DNA of 64,000 bases. Origin: Aquificaceae bacterium. GTDB taxonomy: Bacteria > Aquificota > Aquificia > Aquificales > Aquificaceae. A program made the translations under genes and the position numbers. Each line of letters begins with the position of its first letter. Positions within the stretch are counted from its first letter, which is position 1. Positions 57,713-64,000 of the stretch are shown one piece after another. The stretch spans positions 288,001 through 352,000 of the forward strand of contig JAXSNR010000001.1 in NCBI GenBank assembly GCA_037925075.1, given 5' to 3'. The notes under the pieces were generated by a model. The model ran no database searches. It saw only the letters and a program-made list of their open reading frames with translations, and had not been told where the DNA came from.

Positions 57713-58528
57713 ATGAAGGCTTATCTTCTTGGCAAACTTCCGCGGATGCTTTCCACTACATTTTTTCATGCCATGGCTGAGCTGGGGTACGAGGGCCTTA
57801 TAATCTGTGAGCCAGAAGATACATACATAAGCCTTGGATACTTTGACAGGGCACAGGACCTTATAGACTTAGAAAGGTGTAAGGAGCTTGGAATAGGGGT
57901 TATAAGGAGGCAGATTGGGGGTGGAGCGGTGCTTTTGGCACCGGGTCAGGCCTTTTACCAGCTAATACTTCCCAAAAACCTGGTTCCCTTTAAGGTAGAA
58001 GACGCCTACAAAAAGCTATCTCAACCGGTTATAAGGGCTTACAAAAGGCTTGGGCTTGAGGTGGAATACAAGCCTATAAACGACCTTGTGGTTAAGAAAA
58101 CCCAAAGGAAGATAAGCGGGCAGGGTGCGGGAGACATAGGGAAGTTCTTTGTGTTCGTAGGAAATATACTTTTGAGGTTTGACCCAGACCTTATGGCGGA
58201 GCTCTTTAACCTTCCGAACCAAAAGGTAAGAAACATGGTAAGGCAAAGCCTTTGGGAAAACATAGGATGGTTGGAAAGAGAGCTGAAAAGACGCTTTGAC
58301 TTTCAGGAAGTGGCCGGGGTTCTTCTTGAGGAGTTTTCTAAAGAGATTGACCTTGAAATCAAGCAAAAAGTTCCAGAAGATGCCCTTGAGCTTGCGGAAG
58401 GGTTAAGAAAAGAAATGACTTCAGAGGAAACCATCCTTGAAGACACGGGAAGAAGGCACGAAGCTATAAAGATAAGGGAAGGGGTATATGTGCCAAGGCA
58501 CGAAAAACAAGAAGTTGCTAAACTTTAA
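57713..58528 (+). CDS. Lipoate--protein ligase family protein (catalytic domain)
   Basis: RRQIGGGAVL, PINDL, RKISGQG. Confidence 0.85.
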   Translation: MKAYLLGKLPRMLSTTFFHAMAELGYEGLIICEPEDTYISLGYFDRAQDLIDLERCKELGIGVIRRQIGGGAVLLAPGQAFYQLILPKNLVPFKVEDAYKKLSQPVIRAYKRLGLEVEYKPINDLVVKKTQRKISGQGAGDIGKFFVFVGNILLRFDPDLMAELFNLPNQKVRNMVRQSLWENIGWLERELKRRFDFQEVAGVLLEEFSKEIDLEIKQKVPEDALELAEGLRKEMTSEETILEDTGRRHEAIKIREGVYVPRHEKQEVAKL

Positions 58529-58564
58529 CTATTGGTTTACGATACTATTAAGAGGGAGGATTGA

Positions 58565-60107
58565 ATGTTTGGTGCCACCTTTGGAATAGTAGCTCAGGGG
58601 CTTGAGCTTTTTAGAAAATCTGCGGACATAAGAAACAGAAACATACTAAACGCCAACAACCCCGATTATGCCCAAGAGGATCCAGTAATAAAAGGCTGGA
58701 GGACATAATAAGAAGTCAGAATTTTTACTACATGTCTCTCAGAAACCAAAAGCTCGCTTTAGTCTCTTCTCTTGATACCACCATAAAGGGAAACTCTCAG
58801 GTGGAAGACCTTTTTCAGGAGTTCACTCAGGGGCTGGGTGGTAGTGAATACATAAACCGCTTCTTCAACGCCTACCAAAACCTTATGAAAGAACCTACAA
58901 ACGAGGGAGCAAGAAGTGAGCTTATAAACTCCGCTCAAAGCCTTGTTTCTTATTTGAAAGACAGAAGAAAAGACATGGACAGGACTCTTGCTAGCACAGA
59001 CTACGATATGAGGCAGTATATAAACAAGGTGAACACCCTCGCAAAAAAGATAGCCCAGATGAAATACTCACGGGCTACGCCCAGACTTATGCCCGTGGTA
59101 AAGATTACAAAAACCTGCTGGATGAGAGGGACAGCTACCTAAGGGAGCTATCCGAACTCATCAACATAAACCTTCAAGAGGATGAAATGGGAAGGGTGAG
59201 GGTAGAAACCAGTCATGGGTTTGTGCTTGTGGAAGACCGCTACAGCTGGGAGCTAAAGTACGACGCCGGAAACAGAAGGGTTTTGTGGAAGTCAAAGGAT
59301 GGTTCAGAGGTAGACATAAGCGGTCTTATAAGCGGTGGTAAGATAAGGGGTCTTTTAGACTTTCAGCAAGACCTTTTGGGTTACATAAACCAGCTTGAAG
59401 GGCTTTCCAGAAGATTGATAAGCGAAGTAAAACTACCCCTGAATGCACAAGCAACCCAGAATTGGTTCTGGCTTAAAAATATTAGCGACCCAAACGCAGA
59501 CCTTGGCTTTTCCGGAAGCATAACCTTTAACTTCCCCGGTGGTCCTGTAGTCCTTAACTATTCATCCACAGATAGCCTTAACGACATAATAAACACCATC
59601 AACACAGACCCAACCCTGAGCACTTATTTTTCCGCAAGCCTTTTGCAAAATCCTGATAGCACCTACACGATGCAGATAACCGCCAACGACCCATCTTACA
59701 CTGTGCAAGACAGCAACAACCTTATACACAGGTCTGAACCTCTTTTTACTGGGACAGGTATTGGAGACATGGCTCTAAATTCAAACATTAACAACCACAT
59801 ACAGAACCTTGACTACGAAAAGGTGGATGAGTTTATGGATTTCTCAAGAGGCTGGTGGGAAATTGTAAAAGCTATATACAATCAGCTGGTAGATAGCGTA
59901 GCCTCAAGGCAAAGGGACCTAAGGACAAAGCACGAAATAGAAAACGCCCTTCTCAACTCTCTTAACGCAAGGCTTCAGGAGATGCAGGGAGTTTCTGTGG
60001 ATAATGAATTTATTGAGCTTATGAAGCTTCAAAGAAGCTACGAGGCCTTGGCAAGAACCATAAACGCCATGGACGAGATGCTTCAAGCTACACTTAATAT
60101 GGTGTGA
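58565..60107 (+). pseudogene. flgK: Flagellar hook-associated protein FlgK, two frameshifts
   Basis: ATG 58565 MFGATF...NILNANNPDY; shift near 58692 into RLEDIIRSQ...; shift near 59058 into EILTG...NLLDERD; C-terminus GVSVDNEFIELMKLQRSYEA. Confidence 0.85.
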
Positions 60108-60118
60108 GGTAAAAGGCC

Positions 60119-61291
60119 ATGAAAGTACCCGATAATTTGCTCTTTTCTCTCTTTCAGGAACAGGATGCGAGGATAAGAAGACAACTGTCTGAAAAATCTT
60201 TGGAGATCTCCACCGGTAGGAAGTACCATAGCATATCCGATGAACCCTCCGCCACCTACAATGTGCTTGAACTCAAAAAGGACATAGCCCAACTTTCCCA
60301 GTATTCAAAAAACAGGCTTTTTGCGGATACATCTTTGAGCTACATAGATTTCAATCTCGGGAAAATTGTGGACAGCCTTAACATGCTTTATGCCAAGACC
60401 ATACAGGCCAAAAATCAGGTGCTTCAATCAGACCAGCTTATGGCAATAGGTGAGCTCTTCTCTTCAAGCCTAAGGGCTCTTCTTGATAGGGTTAACGACC
60501 AGCTTGGTGGCAACTACATCTTTGGAGGTGCAAGCCTTACACAAAAGCCCTTTGATGAAAGTACCCTTGATTACAGGGCTTCCGCAGAAGGTTTTAAGGT
60601 ATGGCTTTCGGACAACTACAAGGTGGACGCCTTTTTAAATGGAGCGGAGGCCTTTGGTCTTAATGTGGCCATATCAAGGGCTAGCTTTTCAAGCCCTGCT
60701 ACCAACTTCAATGTTTCGGGCACTTTGAACATAAACGTGGGTACTACCACCATAACCGTAAACTACACCGCAACGCAAACTCTCAGCGACCTTGTAGATT
60801 TTATAAACGCTAACTATTCAAGCATACTTAGGGCAAAGGTCAGCCAAAACCCTAATGGAACATACTCACTTATGCTCATGCCTGTAGATATAAGCAAGGA
60901 TATCTCTGTTTTTGATACAAGCGGTGGAGACTTTGACGTGGGGGTGGTAGACTTTTACTCTCCAAATATACTACAAGCGGTAAAAAGAGTAGGAGATAAA
61001 CTATCTTCCGCCCTTTATCCTGATGACTCTGACCTTATGCTTTTACAAAGAGCCTTTGACAGGGTTTCTTTCAGGAGGTCTAAGGTAGGAAGCGTGCTTT
61101 CACAGGTCAAAAACCTCCAGCCAGTGCAGGAAAACCTTGGAGATAATCTGAACAAACAGAAATCCGACATAGAGGATGCTGACCTCTCTCAAAGCATAAT
61201 GGACTATACCCGCTACAAGCTTGCCTACGAAGCCCTGATGCGTATAATAGCAGACCAAAAGGATATGAGCATACTTAGGTATCTAAGGTAA
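60119..61291 (+). CDS. flgL: Flagellar hook-associated protein FlgL
   Basis: ISTGRK...SDEP, GNYIFGG, SDIEDADL...AYEA; follows flgK. Confidence 0.88.
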   Translation: MKVPDNLLFSLFQEQDARIRRQLSEKSLEISTGRKYHSISDEPSATYNVLELKKDIAQLSQYSKNRLFADTSLSYIDFNLGKIVDSLNMLYAKTIQAKNQVLQSDQLMAIGELFSSSLRALLDRVNDQLGGNYIFGGASLTQKPFDESTLDYRASAEGFKVWLSDNYKVDAFLNGAEAFGLNVAISRASFSSPATNFNVSGTLNINVGTTTITVNYTATQTLSDLVDFINANYSSILRAKVSQNPNGTYSLMLMPVDISKDISVFDTSGGDFDVGVVDFYSPNILQAVKRVGDKLSSALYPDDSDLMLLQRAFDRVSFRRSKVGSVLSQVKNLQPVQENLGDNLNKQKSDIEDADLSQSIMDYTRYKLAYEALMRIIADQKDMSILRYLR

Positions 61292-61680
61292 AAAAATCCA
61301 TTTCCGGCTCCTTGGAGCCCTTCTTTGGGAAATTTATTAAAAAGCCCTCATTGAGGTCCTTAACTCCGCATATGAAGAGTGCCTTATGGATGCAAGGTAT
61401 GCCCTTAGTTGAACTACATGGCTATCGTTTAGCTTTTCTACAGCCTTTAACTCTATTATCAAAGGTTTTTCAATACATAACCCTTGGACGGTGCAGGGTC
61501 TTATTATGAAATCTGGTCTGCTCAATCCGATGGGTGTACCCTTATAGAAGATTTCTATGCTTACCTCCCTCTGAAAACGAAAGCCTCTTTGTCTAAGCTC
61601 ATAAGCTAAAGCACTCTGATATACGCTTTCATCAAAGCCTGAACCCAGATGCGTATAAACCTCCTTGTGCCAGCAATCTC
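61283..61680 (-). pseudogene. GxxExxY (PD-(D/E)xK-like) protein, frameshifted, degraded 5' end
   Basis: LGSGFDESVY, RPDFII, IIELKA, QLRAYL. The conserved G(F)LINF end lies in a shifted frame after ~61358; no plausible start. Confidence 0.7.
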
Positions 61681-61700
61681 TAAAAACCTTACATAAAAAA

Positions 61701-61730
61701 CTTGACAAAGCTTTGCTAAAGTTTTATATT
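61701..61730 (+). promoter_or_regulatory. dnaK promoter with HAIR-like operator
   Basis: TTGACA-17 bp-TATATT, with CTTGACA-N7-GCTAAAG over the -35 box. Confidence 0.7.
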
Positions 61731-61761
61731 AGATACCATACTCTGGAAAAGGAGGTGTCTT

Positions 61762-63627
61762 ATGGCGGAGAAGATAATAGGTATAGACCTTGGAACTACC
61801 AACTCTGTGGTAGCTGTTATCATAGGTGATGAGCCGGTAGTTATTGCCAATCAGGAGGGTTCAAGGCTCACACCTTCTGTGGTCTCATGGACAAAGGAAA
61901 GGGAGGTGCTAGTAGGTGAGCCAGCGAAAAGGCGTGCCATCCTTGACCCTGAAAACACGGTTTATGAGTCCAAGAGGTTTATAGGTAGAAAGTATGAGGA
62001 GGTGATTGAGGAAGCAAAGAGGGTTTCCTACAAGGTGGTTCCAGATGAAAAGGGGGATGCCAGCTTTGAAATACCTAACATAGGAAGGGCGGTGCGACCA
62101 GAAGAGGTGGGTGCTCAAGTTCTTAAAAAGCTAAAGGAAGCTGCGGAAGCATACCTTGGAGAAAAGATAACAAAAGCTGTTATAACTGTGCCCGCCTACT
62201 TTAACGAAAGGCAAAGGCAAGCTACAAAGGATGCGGGAAAGATTGCAGGGCTTGAGGTCTTGAGGATTCTCAACGAACCAACAGCGGCGGCATTGGCTTA
62301 CGGTCTTGACAAAAAGAGCGATGTAAAGATTCTGGTTTATGACTTTGGTGGTGGTACCTTTGACGTTTCTATCCTTGAAGGTGGAGAAGGTGTTATTGAA
62401 GTAAAGGCTACCGCGGGAGATACACATCTTGGGGGAGCAAACATAGACGAGAGAATAATGGAATGGCTAATAGAGGAGTTTAAAAGGGAAACGGGTGTAG
62501 ACCTAAAGAGGGACAGAACCGCCCTTCAAAGACTAAAAGAAGCCAGTGAACAGGCAAAGAAGGAGCTATCCTTCAAGCTTGAGACCGAGATAAACCTACC
62601 CTTTATCACCATAGACCCTTCCACCAATCAGCCCCTTCACCTTCAGAAAAAGCTCACAAGGGCAAGGCTTGAGGAGATGATAAAGGACCTCGTGGACAGG
62701 ACTATGGAGATAGTAAAAAGAGCCCTTGAGGATGCCAAGCTCAGACCTCAGGACATTGACGAGGTGGTGCTTGTGGGAGGCTCCACAAGGATTCCCTTAG
62801 TCCAGCAAAGAATAAAAGACTTCTTCGGAAAAGAGCCTCACAAGGGTGTAAACCCCGACGAGGTAGTGGCTGTGGGTGCTGCCATACAGGCTGGTGTGCT
62901 TTCTGGAGAGGTAAAGGAAATACTCCTTGTGGATGTGACACCCCTATCCCTTGGCGTGGAAACTTACGGTGGTGTTATGACAGTTCTTATTCCAAGGAAC
63001 ACACCCATACCTTACAGAAAGTGTGAAACCTTTACCACCGCAAGCGACTATCAGACAGAGGTAGAAATCCACGTGCTTCAGGGCGAGCGTCCCATGGCAA
63101 AGGACAACAAATCCCTTGGAAGATTCTACCTTACAGGCATACCACCCGCACCAAGGGGTGTTCCCAAGATAGAAGTATGCTTTGACATAGATGTGGATGG
63201 AATACTGCACGTGACCGCAAAGGACTTAGGCACTGGCAAAGAGCAATCTATAAGGGTTCAGGCATCCTCCGGTCTTACGCAGGAAGAAATAGAAAAGATG
63301 ATAAAAGAAGCTCAGCTTCATGAGGAGGAAGACAAAAAGAAAAGGGAGCTTGTGGAAGCCAAAAACCAACTGGACCAACATGTATACAACCTTGAAAAAG
63401 TACTAAAAGAAAACAGAGAAAAGATACCTGCGGATATCTTATCTGAGGTAGAAAGGGCCATAGAAGAGGCAAAAAGGGTCTTTGCCAGCTCTCAGGATGT
63501 GCAGGAAGTAAGAAAGGCTACTGAGCGTGTGCTTGAGGTAGCTGGAAAAGTAGGAAGCTACCTGTATCAAGGGCAGACAACCCAAAAGGGTGAAGGCGGA
63601 GATGTTATAGAAGGAAAGCCCATGTGA
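61762..63627 (+). CDS. dnaK: Chaperone DnaK
   Basis: [42 protein letters not shown]. Confidence 0.98.
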   Translation: MAEKIIGIDLGTTNSVVAVIIGDEPVVIANQEGSRLTPSVVSWTKEREVLVGEPAKRRAILDPENTVYESKRFIGRKYEEVIEEAKRVSYKVVPDEKGDASFEIPNIGRAVRPEEVGAQVLKKLKEAAEAYLGEKITKAVITVPAYFNERQRQATKDAGKIAGLEVLRILNEPTAAALAYGLDKKSDVKILVYDFGGGTFDVSILEGGEGVIEVKATAGDTHLGGANIDERIMEWLIEEFKRETGVDLKRDRTALQRLKEASEQAKKELSFKLETEINLPFITIDPSTNQPLHLQKKLTRARLEEMIKDLVDRTMEIVKRALEDAKLRPQDIDEVVLVGGSTRIPLVQQRIKDFFGKEPHKGVNPDEVVAVGAAIQAGVLSGEVKEILLVDVTPLSLGVETYGGVMTVLIPRNTPIPYRKCETFTTASDYQTEVEIHVLQGERPMAKDNKSLGRFYLTGIPPAPRGVPKIEVCFDIDVDGILHVTAKDLGTGKEQSIRVQASSGLTQEEIEKMIKEAQLHEEEDKKKRELVEAKNQLDQHVYNLEKVLKENREKIPADILSEVERAIEEAKRVFASSQDVQEVRKATERVLEVAGKVGSYLYQGQTTQKGEGGDVIEGKPM

Positions 63628-63636
63628 TATAATAAT

Positions 63637-63670
63637 GACCGCCTATGGCGGTCGGCTTTACCTTTTTTTT
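63637..63670 (+). terminator. Putative terminator hairpin after dnaK
   Basis: GACCGCC-TAT-GGCGGTC stem followed by a T-rich tract (T8 offset by ~9 nt). Confidence 0.5.
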
Positions 63671-64000
63671 CATCCTATTCCTTTTAGAAATATCCGTAGC
63701 TTATGAACAAAAAATAAGGGAAAATTGGGGAAGGCTTTCAAATCCTCAGAAGGTACATAAGCTTTATAGGCTCCTTGACTTCAAATGCATATGGTACTGT
63801 GAGGGCTTGCCGACCAAAGAACTGTCTGCTTTTCATGATATCCTTAAGGAAGTGGCTTACCATGGACTTGACCCAGATAGCTACAAACCTGCAGAAGGCA
63901 TAGATCCCGAATTGGCTACCACGGATAGCCTAATAAAGCTTGCCTACCATCTGTACTACGGAAGAACAAAACCAGCGGAACTTTACAAGGGATGGAGCCT
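63645..64000 (+). CDS. L,D-transpeptidase (YcbB/LdtD-like) N-terminal scaffold, runs off the window
   Basis: Hand translation MAVGFTFFFILFLLEISVA...HGLDPDSY...ELATTDSLIKLAYHLYYGRTKP; open to the window end. Confidence 0.6.
   Translation, partial: MAVGFTFFFILFLLEISVAYEQKIRENWGRLSNPQKVHKLYRLLDFKCIWYCEGLPTKELSAFHDILKEVAYHGLDPDSYKPAEGIDPELATTDSLIKLAYHLYYGRTKPAELYKGWS

Noticed and set aside
684..63472. Numerous 60-225 aa antisense or alternate-frame ORFs in the track (e.g. 4707-5204, 47245-47922, 50306-50791)
   Set aside because: They are shadows of well-supported genes and show no recognisable motifs.
1..64000. CRISPR array, IS/transposase, integrase, rRNA
   Set aside because: No regularly spaced repeats, transposase/recombinase ORFs or rRNA-like stretches seen by eye.

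Overview
Gene-dense window from what looks like an Aquificaceae chromosome (Hydrogenobacter/Thermocrinis-like; inferred from gene content and protein style, not from a search). Housekeeping genes include smc, clpC, dnaX, nth, gltX, glnE, nrdD, clpB, rel, mreBCD-mrdA, murD, sucCD, ferredoxins, a tRNA(CAU), atpC, flgL and dnaK. A ~22.5 kb denitrification island (16.3-38.8 kb) holds four modules: a nirS-nirN-V4R-nirJ-nirF-nirE operon; an eNOR-like heme-copper operon with an unannotated 57-aa subunit, a His-to-Lys change at a low-spin heme ligand and a second subunit-I paralogue, with a divergent cytochrome b/2x[4Fe-4S]/MvhD-like fusion; a clade II nos operon; and a DUF2249/cytochrome c'/DUF59 operon. 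An AT-rich islet (49.9-51.4 kb) carries an intact single-chain DarT-DarG(macrodomain) fusion. It sits between two tiny remnants that read as type III R-M mod and res genes, each reduced to its N- and C-terminus by internal deletion. Other signals: a doubly frameshifted flgK, a frameshifted GxxExxY gene, HAIR-like operators at clpB and dnaK, an internal ClpB start site, a second ferredoxin with no canonical start at its expected position, and several 17-18 bp divergent leaderless-type promoters. Family assignments come from motif recognition only; no database searches were run.
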